The position numbers were made by a program, and so were the translations under genes. The notes under the pieces are model-generated. The model worked only from the letters and a program-made list of their open reading frames with translations. It was not told the DNA's origin and searched no databases. 64,000 nucleotides of DNA. It comes from Candidatus Cloacimonadota bacterium. Its GTDB lineage: Bacteria; Cloacimonadota; Cloacimonadia; G963667145. The stretch is taken from contig OY781061.1 in the NCBI GenBank assembly GCA_963676515.1, positions 1,377,777-1,441,776 of the forward strand, given 5' to 3'. Below are positions 48,543 through 59,425 of the stretch, piece after piece. Numbering within the stretch: the first letter of the stretch is position 1; each line of letters begins with the position of its first letter.

Positions 48543-49746
48543 ATATAGGAAAAATAGGTGTTCTTTTTGTGGAGAGCCAGAGACCGAATCGCGAGAGCTG
48601 ATAAAAGTTTCTAATGTGGCTATTTGCAGTGAGTGTGTGGAACATTGTGCAAATATTTTTCAAGAGAGAAATCAGGCGGAAGGGCAAGCGGATGCAAAGG
48701 TTCAGTTGCCGACACCTGCACAGATAAAAGAGTATTTGGACGAGTATGTAATAGGGCAAAATTCGCCTAAGAAAACGATAGCTGTGGCGGTTTACAATCA
48801 TTATAAACGCGTGTGGCAAGCCAAAGAGGATGACGAGGTGAAGATCGAGAAGAGCAACATCTTGATGCTGGGTCCCACGGGCTGTGGCAAGACTTATATC
48901 GCTCAGACTTTGGCGAAGATGCTGAAAGTGCCTTTTGCTATAGCAGATGCTACTACCCTCACGGAAGCTGGCTATGTGGGTGAAGATGTGGAGAATATTC
49001 TAGTCAGACTCTTGCAGAGTGCCAATTACGATGTGAAGAAAGCGGAAAAGGGCATCATCTATATCGATGAGATAGACAAGATTGCTCGCAAGTCCGAAAG
49101 TACTAGTATCACCAGAGATGTTTCTGGTGAGGGCGTGCAACAGGCGATACTGAAGATATTGGAAGGAACGAGTGTAAATGTGCCACCCAAAGGCGGACGC
49201 AAACATCCCAACCAAGATTTCATCCAGATGGATACGACCAACATTTTGTTCATCGTGGGCGGAGCTTTTGCAGGTATAGAGAAGTTGATTAAGCAGAGAG
49301 TGAATAAGAAAAATATCGGGTTTGATTCTACGATTATTACCAAAGAGCAAAAGAAAGAGCTGATGCATCAGGTGAACTACGAGGATATCTTGCATTATGG
49401 ATTGATACCAGAGATGATCGGTCGTTTGCCAGTGCTGACGACTTTTGAGCGATTGGATAAAGTTGCTCTCAAAAGCATCTTGACTGTGCCGAAAAATGCA
49501 CTAGTGAAGCAGTACAAGGCTTTGTTTGCTCTGGAGGATGTGGAGCTGGAAATCACCGATGAAGCACTGGAAAAGGTGGCAGAGTTGGCGATGATGCAGA
49601 AGTTGGGAGCGAGAAGTTTACGCTCGATAATGGAAAAAAGTATGCTGGAAATAATGTATGAAGTGCCAGATATGGCAGGATTGCAAAAATGCGTGGTCGG
49701 GCAAGATGTCATCACAGATGGTGGCAAACCAGAGTATAAGTTTTAA
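48535..49746 (+). CDS. clpX: ATP-dependent Clp protease ATP-binding subunit ClpX
   Basis: C4 zinc-binding N-terminus (CSFCG...CSEC); Walker A GPTGCGKT; 403 aa. Confidence 0.95.
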   Translation: MSEYRKNRCSFCGEPETESRELIKVSNVAICSECVEHCANIFQERNQAEGQADAKVQLPTPAQIKEYLDEYVIGQNSPKKTIAVAVYNHYKRVWQAKEDDEVKIEKSNILMLGPTGCGKTYIAQTLAKMLKVPFAIADATTLTEAGYVGEDVENILVRLLQSANYDVKKAEKGIIYIDEIDKIARKSESTSITRDVSGEGVQQAILKILEGTSVNVPPKGGRKHPNQDFIQMDTTNILFIVGGAFAGIEKLIKQRVNKKNIGFDSTIITKEQKKELMHQVNYEDILHYGLIPEMIGRLPVLTTFERLDKVALKSILTVPKNALVKQYKALFALEDVELEITDEALEKVAELAMMQKLGARSLRSIMEKSMLEIMYEVPDMAGLQKCVVGQDVITDGGKPEYKF

Positions 49747-49761
49747 GTTTTTATAATTTTT

Positions 49762-49801
49762 TAAAGCGGTTCAAGTTTACTTGAGCCGCTTTTTTTGTTT
49801 T
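49762..49801 (+). terminator. rho-independent terminator after clpX
   Basis: aaagcggttcaag-tttac-ttgagccgcttttttt. Confidence 0.75.
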
Positions 49802-49839
49802 TAACACAATCTTAACATTTTCCTTATAAAATTTTAACA
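49801..49839 (+). promoter_or_regulatory. candidate Pho box: four TTAACA/TTATAA hexamers at 11-bp periodicity upstream of pstS
   Basis: TTAACA at 49801 and 49812, TTATAA at 49824, TTAACA at 49834. This resembles PhoP/PhoB-type direct-repeat boxes (TT[ACT]ACA spaced ~11 bp). Confidence 0.5.
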
Positions 49840-49910
49840 TTTGAAGTGTATAACAGTTTAGAGGCTAAAAAAAATAGCCAATTAACAAATGAAAAAATCA
49901 AGGAGAAAAA

Positions 49911-50720
49911 ATGAAAAAACTTTTAGTTTTGTTTAGTTTGGGAGCGTTGACATTTATGGGCTGCAAAGGAGAAATCCCAAAAGTGACTATAGCTGGCTCT
50001 ACGACTGTGCTCCCCATAGCTCAGGCTACGGCAGAATCTTTTATGCAAGAGCATAGTGAGGTGGATGTGAGCGTGAGAGGCGGAGGGTCGTCTGTGGGTA
50101 TAGTGGGCATCATCGAGGGCACTGTGGATATTGGTGATGCCTCTCGTGAAGCAAAAAGCAAGGAGATGGAGAAAGCCAGAGCAGAGGGCGTAGAGTTGGT
50201 GAAGCATATAGTGGCTTTCGATGGAATAGCAATAGTTGTGGATAAATCGAACGACATTGGGCAGATAAGTCGGGCAGATTTGCAAGGCGTTTATTGCGGT
50301 AAGATTATCAACTGGAAAGAGCTGGGTGGAATAGACAAAAAAATAGTGGTGGTGAGCCGAGACGCCTCTTCGGGAACTTTTGAGACTTTTGTAGAAAAGG
50401 TGATGCAAAAGGAAAAGGTAGTGGCCTCATCTTTGAAACTTGGCTCTAATAATGCGGTGGTGAGTAGTGTAAAAAGCACTCCTGGAGCTATTGGGTATAT
50501 CGGTTACGGTTACATAAACGACGAGGTGAATGTGCTGAAGGTTGATGGTGTGATGATTACAAAATCGGGCATCAAATCGGGATTGTATCCTATTTCCAGA
50601 TCTCTGCAGATGTACACAAATGGACTACCGACAGGGATGAATGGTAAATATTTGGATTTCGTGAAATCTCCTGCAGGGCAAAAAATTGTGGCTGAGCAGG
50701 GTTTTGTAGAGATAAACTAG
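49911..50720 (+). CDS. pstS: phosphate ABC transporter substrate-binding protein
   Basis: Lipoprotein signal (LTFMGC); PBP fold; first gene of pstSCAB-phoU. Confidence 0.88.
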   Translation: MKKLLVLFSLGALTFMGCKGEIPKVTIAGSTTVLPIAQATAESFMQEHSEVDVSVRGGGSSVGIVGIIEGTVDIGDASREAKSKEMEKARAEGVELVKHIVAFDGIAIVVDKSNDIGQISRADLQGVYCGKIINWKELGGIDKKIVVVSRDASSGTFETFVEKVMQKEKVVASSLKLGSNNAVVSSVKSTPGAIGYIGYGYINDEVNVLKVDGVMITKSGIKSGLYPISRSLQMYTNGLPTGMNGKYLDFVKSPAGQKIVAEQGFVEIN

Positions 50721-50764
50721 CTGAGATTTTAGCTGCTTTTTTTTAAAATAATGGTTAGGATTTT

Positions 50765-51631
50765 ATGAAAATAAAAGAAAAAATATTCGACTTTTTTGTT
50801 TATCTGTCTGTGGTGACTGTGGTTTTAATTTTTTTGGGAATCGTGCTAAGTATCTTCACCGAAGGCATTAAGCTTTTTAAATTTGTTTCTTTCTCCGATT
50901 TTGCTTTTACTACTCAGTGGAGACCTACAGCCGATTCTCCGTTGTTTGGCATAGGAGCTATCGCCGTGGGTTCCCTTGTGGTAACCGTAGGGGCGATGGT
51001 AGTGGCAGTGCCGCTAGGAATAGGTTCTGGGGTTTACTTGGCAGAATTTGCGGGAAAGCGATTCCGAGAGCTGGTGAAGCCTACGATAGAGTTGCTGGCA
51101 GGGATACCCTCAGTAGTGTACGGCTTGTTTGGGATGATGGTATTATCTCCGTGGGTGCAAAAATATCTGGGTGCGTCGATCGGACTGAATTTGTTCACCA
51201 CTTCCGTGATATTGGGGGTGATGGTCGTGCCGATCATCTGCTCGGTGAGTGAAGATGCTCTTTCGGTAGTGCCGATGTCGCTCAGAGAGGCTTCGTTGGC
51301 ATTGGGAGCCAATAGGTGGGAGACGACGGTGAGAGTGGTGTTGCCAGCTGCCAAGACAGGGGTGATGAACTCTCTGGTGCTGGGACTAGGTAGAGCTGTG
51401 GGTGAGACGATGGTGGTGGTGATGTTGGCAGGAGGTGCGGCTATCATCCCAACTTCTATCTTCAGTCCAGTGCGACCGATGCCTGCGACTGTGGCGATGG
51501 AGATGGGCGAGACTGTGGTGGGCTCAGTGCATTATTACGCACTGTTTGCTATTAGTATGCTGCTCTTCTTGGTTTGCTTCTGCTTGGTGCTGGTGGCGAA
51601 TTGTCTAGCACATAGAGGACGGGAGCTATGA
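50765..51631 (+). CDS. pstC: phosphate ABC transporter permease PstC
   Basis: 6 TM permease; EAA-like loop. Confidence 0.88.
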   Translation: MKIKEKIFDFFVYLSVVTVVLIFLGIVLSIFTEGIKLFKFVSFSDFAFTTQWRPTADSPLFGIGAIAVGSLVVTVGAMVVAVPLGIGSGVYLAEFAGKRFRELVKPTIELLAGIPSVVYGLFGMMVLSPWVQKYLGASIGLNLFTTSVILGVMVVPIICSVSEDALSVVPMSLREASLALGANRWETTVRVVLPAAKTGVMNSLVLGLGRAVGETMVVVMLAGGAAIIPTSIFSPVRPMPATVAMEMGETVVGSVHYYALFAISMLLFLVCFCLVLVANCLAHRGREL

Positions 51632-52476
51632 GAATGCGAGCTGTAAAAGAAAAGTTGGGTTACTGTTTCCTTTTGGTTTGCACTATCTCAACTTGTTTGT
51701 TCCTCTTTATTTTTTTGGCAGATGTCGTTTTTCGAGGCGGACCGATGCTTTCTTGGGAATTTCTGACATCGTCTCCTACAAACAGAATGACCCAAGGCGG
51801 AGTGTTTCCCGCATTGCTGGGGACATTTTTGCTCACACTTTTATCTCTGGGGCTGGCTACGCCTTTTGCAATAATGAGTGCTATTTATTTGGTTTACTAT
51901 GCACGAGAAGGTCGTCTCAAGAATTTGGTGCAAATCGCTTTGGATACGCTGGCAGGCGTTCCTTCCATCGTTTACGGGTTGTTTGGACTGACGGTGTTTG
52001 TCAAGCTGCTACATATGGGAGTTTGCTTGCTGGCAGGTGGCTGCACTTTGGCTATCTTGGTGCTGCCTGTGCTCGTGTCCAACGCTTGCGAGGCTTTATC
52101 GAAAGTGCCTACCGATTACCTAGAGGCGTCTTACGGATTGGGTGCTAATAAGACGCAGACCATCTTGCAGGTGGCTTTGCCTGTGGCTTTGCCCAATATT
52201 CTTACGGGGATTATCATCAGCGTAGGCAGAGTGGCTGGAGAGACTGCTCCCATTATGTTTACGGCGGTTACCTTTTATTCCCGATTTTTACCGAGGGGAC
52301 TGTTTTCGGAAGTAATGGCTTTGCCTTATCACATCTACGCTTTGGTGAGCGAAGGAGTCCATCCAGCCAGCCAAATTCCTATCGCGTATGGGTCGGCTTT
52401 GATTTTAATCCTTGTGGTGATAGGTGTTAGCTCGATTGCCGTGATTATGCGTTACAAAATTCGGAAAAGCAGATAA
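51628..52476 (+). CDS. pstA: phosphate ABC transporter permease PstA
   Basis: 6 TM permease; 4-nt overlap with pstC. Confidence 0.88.
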   Translation: MRMRAVKEKLGYCFLLVCTISTCLFLFIFLADVVFRGGPMLSWEFLTSSPTNRMTQGGVFPALLGTFLLTLLSLGLATPFAIMSAIYLVYYAREGRLKNLVQIALDTLAGVPSIVYGLFGLTVFVKLLHMGVCLLAGGCTLAILVLPVLVSNACEALSKVPTDYLEASYGLGANKTQTILQVALPVALPNILTGIIISVGRVAGETAPIMFTAVTFYSRFLPRGLFSEVMALPYHIYALVSEGVHPASQIPIAYGSALILILVVIGVSSIAVIMRYKIRKSR

Positions 52477-52490
52477 TTATTAAGAGGAAT

Positions 52491-53243
52491 TTGATGAATA
52501 TAATAGAAACGAAAAATTTAAACTTGTGGTTTGCCGACAACCATGTGCTCAAAAATGTAAATATTGCGGTAGAGAACAACAAGATAACCGCTTTGATTGG
52601 TCCTTCTGGTTGTGGGAAATCCACGCTTCTGAGGACTTTTAACAGGATGAACGACTTGTCGCCTGTGCTGAAAATAAAGGGCGAAGTTTATCTAGAGCAG
52701 GAGAATATCTTTTCTGCTGATTGTGATGTAAACGACCTCCGCACTCGTGTGGGTATGGTGTTTCAGCGACCGAATCCTTTTCCCAAATCTATTTACGATA
52801 ATGTTAGTTATGGACCGAAGCTAAAGGGAGTGGCAAAAAAAGATTTGGAAGAAAAAGTGGTGTCAGCCCTAAAAGCTGCGTGGATATGGGATGAGGTGAA
52901 AGACCGACTGCACAAAAGTGCCCTGAGGCTTTCTGGCGGACAGCAGCAAAGGCTGTGCATTGCTCGAGCTATAGCCAACGATTCCAAGGTTTTACTTTTG
53001 GATGAACCCACTTCTGCTTTAGATCCTAAATCTACACTGAAGATTGAGGAGCTGTGCTTGCGACTGAAAAAGCAAATGGCGATTTTAATCGTGACGCATA
53101 ATATCGGGCAAGCTGGCAGGATTTCGGACGACACAGCTTTTATGTATCTGGGCGAGATAGTGGAATTTGGCAAAACGAAACATCTGTTTACCAATCCGCA
53201 AAAAAAGATGACCGAAGACTATTTGCAGGGCAATTTTGGTTAA
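52491..53243 (+). CDS. pstB: phosphate ABC transporter ATP-binding protein
   Basis: Walker [10 protein letters not shown], signature LSGGQQQRL, Walker [12 protein letters not shown]. Confidence 0.93.
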   Translation: MMNIIETKNLNLWFADNHVLKNVNIAVENNKITALIGPSGCGKSTLLRTFNRMNDLSPVLKIKGEVYLEQENIFSADCDVNDLRTRVGMVFQRPNPFPKSIYDNVSYGPKLKGVAKKDLEEKVVSALKAAWIWDEVKDRLHKSALRLSGGQQQRLCIARAIANDSKVLLLDEPTSALDPKSTLKIEELCLRLKKQMAILIVTHNIGQAGRISDDTAFMYLGEIVEFGKTKHLFTNPQKKMTEDYLQGNFG

Positions 53244-53262
53244 AAGTGAAGGAGCTAAAAAA

Positions 53263-53898
53263 ATGATTCAAAAGAAGATAGCAGAGTTGAAAAAAACTTT
53301 GCGAGAGCAAGCCTTGCGAGTAGGGCAGATGTTAGAATTTTGCATAGATTGCTACAAATCGGTAGATGAGGGGAAGCTGACAAAGATTGCAGAGTTGGAA
53401 AAAGAGGTGAATTCCACAGATTTGAAGCTGGAGAAGATGGCTGTGTACATCTTGGCGTTGCAGACTCCGCACGCTAAGACTCTGCGGGAAGTGCTGATAA
53501 TCCTCAAGGTGAACACCGAACTTGAGCGGATAGGCGATCTGTGTGATGACAATCGGGTGATAATAGAAAAATTTGCTCAGGGAAATGGGAGGAAGATTCT
53601 GCAAGAGGAGATATTGCAGATGCTGAGTAAAACGCAGAAAATGTATAAAAACGCTCTGAGAAGCTTTTTTGCGGAGGATAGCGATTTGGCGAAAAAAGTT
53701 TGCCAAGATGACGATATGGTGGACGACCTCAAAGATGAAGTTTTGCGAAAGTTGATAGAAAATAATGTAGAAATAGAAGATGCACTTTTAATCAATAATT
53801 TTTCCAAGAATGTAGAAAGGATAGCCGATTTGGCGACTAATATTGCCCAAGGGAGTATTTTTATCGACGAAGGAAAAGAGGTAAGGCATTGTTTGTAA
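53263..53898 (+). CDS. phoU: phosphate signalling complex protein PhoU
   Basis: Two PhoU repeats; ATG 53263 with RBS AGGAG (ORF-track start 53236 lies inside pstB). Confidence 0.85.
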   Translation: MIQKKIAELKKTLREQALRVGQMLEFCIDCYKSVDEGKLTKIAELEKEVNSTDLKLEKMAVYILALQTPHAKTLREVLIILKVNTELERIGDLCDDNRVIIEKFAQGNGRKILQEEILQMLSKTQKMYKNALRSFFAEDSDLAKKVCQDDDMVDDLKDEVLRKLIENNVEIEDALLINNFSKNVERIADLATNIAQGSIFIDEGKEVRHCL

Positions 53899-53913
53899 GT
53901 GATATAGATAAAT

Positions 53914-53957
53914 AAAAAGAGCCTTTCCTCGTTACCAAGAAAAAGGCTCTTTTTTTG
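53914..53957. terminator. bidirectional terminator between phoU (+) and the BMP lipoprotein gene (-)
   Basis: agagccttt ...15 nt... aaaggctct followed by tttttt; an A-run lies upstream. Confidence 0.7.
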
Positions 53958-53966
53958 TGACTAAAG

Positions 53967-55052
53967 TTACTTAAGGTTTCCTTCGATGTTGTCCACCATC
54001 CAGTTAATTCGTAAGAGTTCTTCTGCGGTCATAGTTTGTCCCTCTTCGACCATTAGCTTTCCTTGTTGGTCATACAATGGTCCAACAAAAGGTTCGAAAT
54101 TTTCGTTGAGGAATTTTTCTTTGACAGCGTCCACTTTCGCTCTAACATCTTCAGGGACATTATTCGAATACGGTGCTAGTCCGATAACATCTTCTTTTAG
54201 CCCAGGCCAGTATTCTGCAGGACCTTTGGGTTCCCAAGTGCCATCGTGTACTTTTTTGGTAAGATCTTCGTACATCTTGCCCCAGTGCCAGATGGCAGAT
54301 GTCAGGATAGAATTTGGAGCGTATTTAGCCATATCTGTGTCATGCCCGATACACCATACTCCAGCTGCTTCGGCTGCTTTTTGCGGACCAGGTGAATCTC
54401 CACCTTGGCTGATCACATCGCATCCTTGCTCGATCATAGATTTGGCGGCATCCATTTCTTTAGGAGCGTTGTACCATTCGCCTATCCACACGACAGACAC
54501 CTTGGCTTCTTTGTTTACTGCCTTTACTCCCAATGCAAAAGCGTTTACCATTCTGTAAACTTCGGGAATTGGAATAGGAACTACATAACCAATTTTGTTG
54601 GATTTAGTCATCAAACCAGCGATCATTCCTGCCAAATATTTGGGCTGATACATTCTCCCGAAATAGTTGCCCATATTTGTATTTACTTTGTAGCCAGCAC
54701 ATTGCATAAAAATGACTTCTGGGAATTGCTTGGCGACTTTTAGAGTTTGGTCCATAAAACCAAAAGAGATAGAATAGATGAGGTTGCATTCACCCAGCTT
54801 GATCATTTGGGTCAAAATCTTAGCTGCATCGGAGGTTTCGGGGACATCTTCTTTTTTTAAGATTTTTTTCACATAGGGCAATGAGCGAATCTTTTCTATT
54901 CCGTGGTCATGAGCCTCCGACCACCCCGCATCTGTGATTGTCCCACTGTAGATAATTCCTACATTTAGGTCTTTTTTACTTGCACCCTTTTCTTTCTTAC
55001 AGCCTAAAAATGCAACTGACAAAACTATTAGTAATAGTAGCAGTTTTTTCAT
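53967..55052 (-). CDS. BMP-family (PnrA/TmpC-like) ABC-transporter substrate-binding lipoprotein
   Basis: Lipobox AFLGC; 361 aa; BMP/PnrA-like fold signature regions; no ABC partner genes adjacent. Confidence 0.75.
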   Translation of the reverse strand: MKKLLLLLIVLSVAFLGCKKEKGASKKDLNVGIIYSGTITDAGWSEAHDHGIEKIRSLPYVKKILKKEDVPETSDAAKILTQMIKLGECNLIYSISFGFMDQTLKVAKQFPEVIFMQCAGYKVNTNMGNYFGRMYQPKYLAGMIAGLMTKSNKIGYVVPIPIPEVYRMVNAFALGVKAVNKEAKVSVVWIGEWYNAPKEMDAAKSMIEQGCDVISQGGDSPGPQKAAEAAGVWCIGHDTDMAKYAPNSILTSAIWHWGKMYEDLTKKVHDGTWEPKGPAEYWPGLKEDVIGLAPYSNNVPEDVRAKVDAVKEKFLNENFEPFVGPLYDQQGKLMVEEGQTMTAEELLRINWMVDNIEGNLK

Positions 55053-55296
55053 TTTCCCCTCCTTAATGGTTAGCTGATTTTCTTTGAAATAACTCTCTGT
55101 TATTTACTCGATTTTCCAAGCAAAAGTGGGAGTCATAAGAATGTCAAGTTTTTTGTTTTTTGGTTACTAGAGTTGATTATCTTTTTTCTTTGACCAAAAA
55201 ATGGAATAAATAAAAAAGAAAGAGAGAACTAAATACTTGACAAAAATAGTGGGGATTAAAAATGGATAAAAATTGTTAATAATTTGAGGAGCAAGG

Positions 55297-55707
55297 ATGA
55301 ATTTTTCTACTAAAAGCAGATACGGTTTGCGGGCTGTGGCACAAATCGCTATTGCTCAAGAGCCTTTGTCTTTGCAAATTATTGCCCAAGAGCAGGATAT
55401 TTCACTGAGCTATCTGGAGCAATTGGCGGCTAAGCTGAAAAAGGCGGGAATCTTGGAGAGCAAAAGAGGAAAATATGGCGGATATAAACTGGCTAGGGAT
55501 GCTCATCAGATTACGATTGGCGAGATTTTGAGAGCTTTGGAAGACGATATGTTCCCCATAGAGTGTCTAGCAGCTAAGCAGCAGTGTGGCAAAGAGGCGG
55601 ATTGCTTGACGAACAGAGCTTTTCGGAAGATTTATGAGGGAATCAAAGAGGTGATCGATAACACTACGCTGCAAGATTTATTACAAGAGAGTAAGGAGAA
55701 AATATGA
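55297..55707 (+). CDS. Rrf2-family transcriptional regulator (IscR-like; Cys ligands near C-terminus)
   Basis: MNFSTKSRYGLRAV N-terminus is the Rrf2 signature; Cys residues at ECLAAKQQCGKEADC. Confidence 0.85.
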   Translation: MNFSTKSRYGLRAVAQIAIAQEPLSLQIIAQEQDISLSYLEQLAAKLKKAGILESKRGKYGGYKLARDAHQITIGEILRALEDDMFPIECLAAKQQCGKEADCLTNRAFRKIYEGIKEVIDNTTLQDLLQESKEKI

Positions 55708-56861
55708 TATACATGGATAACTCTGCTACAACGAAGGTACGCAGAGAGGTCGTGGAGGCGATGCTGCCTTGTTTCGAAAAAGATTACGGGAACGCCTCTA
55801 GTATTTATTATAAAATGGGAGCGGATGCTGGCAAGTTGCTGGCAGACTCTCGCAAAGTGATAGCCGACTTTATCGGTGCGAAGGCGAGCGAGGTGTATTT
55901 CACAGCCGGTGGCACGGAGAGTGATAACTGGGCTATCAAGAGTGTCGCCCGAGGGTTGCTCTCGCGGGGTAATAAGATAATTACCAGCAAAATAGAGCAT
56001 CACGCTGTCCTTCACTCTTTCCAAACTTTGGAAAGAGAAGGATTCGAGGTCATCTACCTAGATGTGGACGAATATGGGCAGGTGGATATGCAGCAGCTGA
56101 AAAAAGAGCTGACTCCCAAGACAACGCTGGTATCGGTGATGATGGTGAACAACGAGGTGGGAACTAGGCAAGAGATAGAGGAAATAGCCAAGATTACGCA
56201 CGAGGCAGGTGCTTTGTTCCACACAGATGCGGTGCAGGCTCTGGGAGTTATGCCGATTGATGTGCAAGAAATGGGTATCGATTTGGCGAGTTTTTCTGCA
56301 CACAAAGTCTATGGTCCCAAAGGCGTAGGAGCTTTGTATGTCGACGAGAAAGTAAATCTTTTGCCTTTCATAGATGGAGGTGCACAAGAGAAAAAAAAGC
56401 GAGCTGGCACTGAGAATATACCAGGGATTGTTGGTTTCGCCAAAGCCGTGGAGTTGATAGCAGGAGGCTTTACAGCTCATCAAGAGCACTTACAGAAGTT
56501 GAGCACAAGGCTTATCCACAGAGTCACCACAGAGATACAAGACGCAGTTCTCACTGGGCATCCGACGAATAGACACAAGGGAATTGCCAGTTTTTGCTTC
56601 GAGTATGTGGAAGGAGAGGCAATCGTGCTGGATTTGAACTTCGCGGACATTTACGGCTCTACTGGCTCGGCTTGCACCACAGGCACAGCTGGAGCATCGC
56701 ATGTGCTGACTGCGATGGGAATAGCCGATATTCTCTCTCACGGCTCACTTCGCTTGTCGATAGGGCATTTCAACACCGTAGCAGAGGTGGACAAGGTGGT
56801 AGAGGTGCTCAAGAAGAGCATCAAAAGGTTGCGAATAATGTCGCCATTGTGTGACGACTGA
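55704..56861 (+). CDS. cysteine desulfurase (NifS/IscS class)
   Basis: PLP-lysine region SFSAHKVYGPKGVGALYV; catalytic Cys loop STGSACT. Confidence 0.9.
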   Translation: MIYMDNSATTKVRREVVEAMLPCFEKDYGNASSIYYKMGADAGKLLADSRKVIADFIGAKASEVYFTAGGTESDNWAIKSVARGLLSRGNKIITSKIEHHAVLHSFQTLEREGFEVIYLDVDEYGQVDMQQLKKELTPKTTLVSVMMVNNEVGTRQEIEEIAKITHEAGALFHTDAVQALGVMPIDVQEMGIDLASFSAHKVYGPKGVGALYVDEKVNLLPFIDGGAQEKKKRAGTENIPGIVGFAKAVELIAGGFTAHQEHLQKLSTRLIHRVTTEIQDAVLTGHPTNRHKGIASFCFEYVEGEAIVLDLNFADIYGSTGSACTTGTAGASHVLTAMGIADILSHGSLRLSIGHFNTVAEVDKVVEVLKKSIKRLRIMSPLCDD

Positions 56862-56894
56862 CACGAGGAAAAAAGAAGATTCAAGGAGAATATT

Positions 56895-57311
56895 ATGTAT
56901 ACAGAAAAAGTTTTAGATCATTTCCAAAATCCCAGAAATGTGGGAAAGATAGAGGATGCCGATGGCATAGGTGAAATCGGTAGCCCTCAGTGTGGCGATG
57001 TGATGAAGATATATATCAAAGTGGATGAGAACGAAATAATCACCGATTTGAAGTTTCAAACTTACGGTTGTGGTGCTGCTGTTTCTTCCTCTTCGGTGGC
57101 TTCTACGCTGATCATCGGTAAGAGCGTGGAGCAGGCGTTGAAGTTCAAAAACAAAGACGCTCTGGAAGTTTTGGGCGGATTGCCGACGGAAAAAATCCAC
57201 TGCTCTGTGTTGGCGGAGGAAGCCATAAAGGCGGCAATATGGGATTACAGCCAAAAAACAGGCAAGCAATTTGCTGGGCTAAAAGGTTATAAGCCAGATG
57301 CGAACCACTAG
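56895..57311 (+). CDS. Fe-S cluster scaffold NifU/IscU-like
   Basis: Three conserved Cys (GSPQCGDVMK, YGCGAA, HCSVLAEEAIKAAI). Confidence 0.9.
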   Translation: MYTEKVLDHFQNPRNVGKIEDADGIGEIGSPQCGDVMKIYIKVDENEIITDLKFQTYGCGAAVSSSSVASTLIIGKSVEQALKFKNKDALEVLGGLPTEKIHCSVLAEEAIKAAIWDYSQKTGKQFAGLKGYKPDANH

Positions 57312-58194
57312 CTTACTGGATTGTATCGGTAATACGCCTTTGCTCCGCTTGCAAAAAATAGAGCCGCACGCAGGAGTGCAGATCTATGCGAAGCTGGAGT
57401 TTATGAACCCCGGCGGTTCTATCAAAGATAGACCAGCGGCGATGATGATTCGTAAAGGGCTAGAAGACGGCAAGTTAACTAAGGATAAAACGATTATCGA
57501 AGCGACATCGGGCAATACTGGTATGGCTTTGGCGATGTTGGCGGCACATCTGGGATACAAATGTAAAATCGTGATGAGTAGTGCCGTGAGCCAAGAGCGG
57601 GTGCAAATTTTGCAAGGTTTTGGCGTAGAAGTGGCGTTGTCCGCCAAAGATAAAGGCACGGACGGTGCGATTGAGCTCTTGCAGGAGATAGTGGCGGCTG
57701 ACCCTGACAAATATTTTTATCCTGACCAGTTTAGCAATCCTTTCAATCCTTTCTCGCATTATTCGGGCACTGCACCAGAGATTTATGAGCAGATGGCGGG
57801 GAAAATTGATTATTTTGTCGCTGGGATGGGCTCTACTGGCACGCTGATGGGATGTAGTAAATATTTCAAAGAGAAAGATAAAAACATCAAGATAATTGGG
57901 CTAGAACCACAGCTGAAGCATAATTTGCAAGGATTGAAAAATATGGTGGAGTCTGTAAAGCCCAAAATATTTAAAATCGGAGAGCTAGATCAGGTAAAAA
58001 ATGTTTTTTGCAACGAAGCTTTTGCGATGACCAGAAGACTCGCTCAGGAAGAGGGGCTTTTCGTGGGGATGAGCTCAGGAGCGAATGTTTTAGGTGCTGT
58101 GGAGCTGGCTAAGAGTTTGAAAACTGGAGTGATAGTAACGGTGCTGACAGACCGTGGTGATAGGTATCTATCGACTGATTTGTTTAGAAGATAG
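57298..58194 (+). CDS. cysK: cysteine synthase (O-acetylserine sulfhydrylase)
   Basis: IGNTPLLRL, PLP-lysine SIKDRPA, TSGNTG. Confidence 0.9.
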   Translation: MRTTSLLDCIGNTPLLRLQKIEPHAGVQIYAKLEFMNPGGSIKDRPAAMMIRKGLEDGKLTKDKTIIEATSGNTGMALAMLAAHLGYKCKIVMSSAVSQERVQILQGFGVEVALSAKDKGTDGAIELLQEIVAADPDKYFYPDQFSNPFNPFSHYSGTAPEIYEQMAGKIDYFVAGMGSTGTLMGCSKYFKEKDKNIKIIGLEPQLKHNLQGLKNMVESVKPKIFKIGELDQVKNVFCNEAFAMTRRLAQEEGLFVGMSSGANVLGAVELAKSLKTGVIVTVLTDRGDRYLSTDLFRR

Positions 58195-58269
58195 GGGCAG
58201 GTTTTGACTCTGGTGAGTCACTTGCCTTCATCCTCATTCTCGCACACCACTTGCTTTGCGTTCTTACCT

Positions 58270-58553
58270 GCCTTCATTCTGAGCGAAAGCGGGAATCCAT
58301 TCTCCTTGGATTGGTCTCCTGACGGAGGGTCTTACTTTTCCCTTTGGTTGACCAAAGCGAAAAGTAACAAAAGGTAAAGTCAAAATACCAAATCAGTAAG
58401 CTAAATTCTAAACCTTCTTTGCACGCTGAAAGGCTTGTGCTAGAAATCACAATTGTCTTAATAGAGGAGATATAGCACATCGCTCTTCAGCGTAAGCTCA
58501 GGACGGCTAATGAATTTCACGCTTCCTGCTTTATGTATTTATTAGCCTAGCCC
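58270..58553 (+). repeat. repeat module M1, copy C (5' hairpin arm degenerate)
   Basis: gagcgaaagcgggaatccattctc...tctcctgacggagggtcttacttttccctttggttgaccaaagcgaaaagtaac... aligns to copies A and B. Confidence 0.8.
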
Positions 58554-59100
58554 ATCCCTTTTTTCTCGCTCCCAAGCTCCAGCTTGGGAGTGTATATGTG
58601 TTAATTAATTGATTGCCATACTTTATTTCGGACACTGTCGGTTATTTATTTAGTTGGCTCTGCTAACGCAGGGTTTTCTATTTCTTTTTGACAGACCAAA
58701 AAGAAGTAGAAGAAAGAAAAAGTCAAAAAACCTAAGCTTCTAGCAAAATTACTAAGCCTTGCCTCGACGCTGTCAGTCTTGAGCTATGAATCACATCTGT
58801 CGCTTTTTGGGGATATAGCTCGGCGGCGTCAGCGTAGCTCCGCAAGGCGTAAGTAATTGTATGCTAGTTGCTTAAAGTTTTTATTGGCGGTTTCTTGTGT
58901 ATAAGTGATGGTTACAAAAAGCGAGTGGTGACACTCAATACTGGTGGAGAGCAGAGGGATAATATTGTTTAGAATGAGGCTGTGCAAAGCACACACTTAT
59001 GAGATTAGGGTTGTTGCCCACAATGACGATGTTTTTTTGAAAGTTCAGCAGGTGCTGCAAGAGGGTGCTAAAAAAGTCATTCAAGCCGAGGTTCGTGAAC

Positions 59101-59297
59101 TTGTTTAAACGACTGAGCTGGTGGCTGTGCGACTAGGCTTAGGTCTCTTCTTTAGGCTTGCTGGGAAAGGCTTTAAGTCTGAGTTACAGCCACTGCGAGG
59201 GTAGTTTTACAAGTTAGAACTGAGGTTTATGACTTTGATTTTTTTCTTTCGGTGTTACCTTTCTTTTTTATCACTAAAAGAAGAAAGGTAACATCTT
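59101..59297 (-). repeat. long inverted repeat, copy 2 (reverse complement of 42788..42966)
   Basis: See copy 1. Confidence 0.8.
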
Positions 59298-59319
59298 GCA
59301 ATAGAGGAAGTTATGGCAT

Positions 59320-59425
59320 AATTTTTCTCGCTCCCAAGCTCCAGCTTGCGAGCGTATATGTTTTAATAAATTAACTGTATGTTTTGTTTCGTATGCATTC
59401 CCAAGTAAAACTTGGGAAAGAGGGT
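59320..59425 (+). repeat. repeat module M2 copy
   Basis: tttttctcgctcccaagctccagcttgcgagcgtatatgttttaataaattaactgtatgttttgtttcgtatgcattcccaagtaaaacttgggaaagagg aligns with 43692..43810. Confidence 0.8.
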
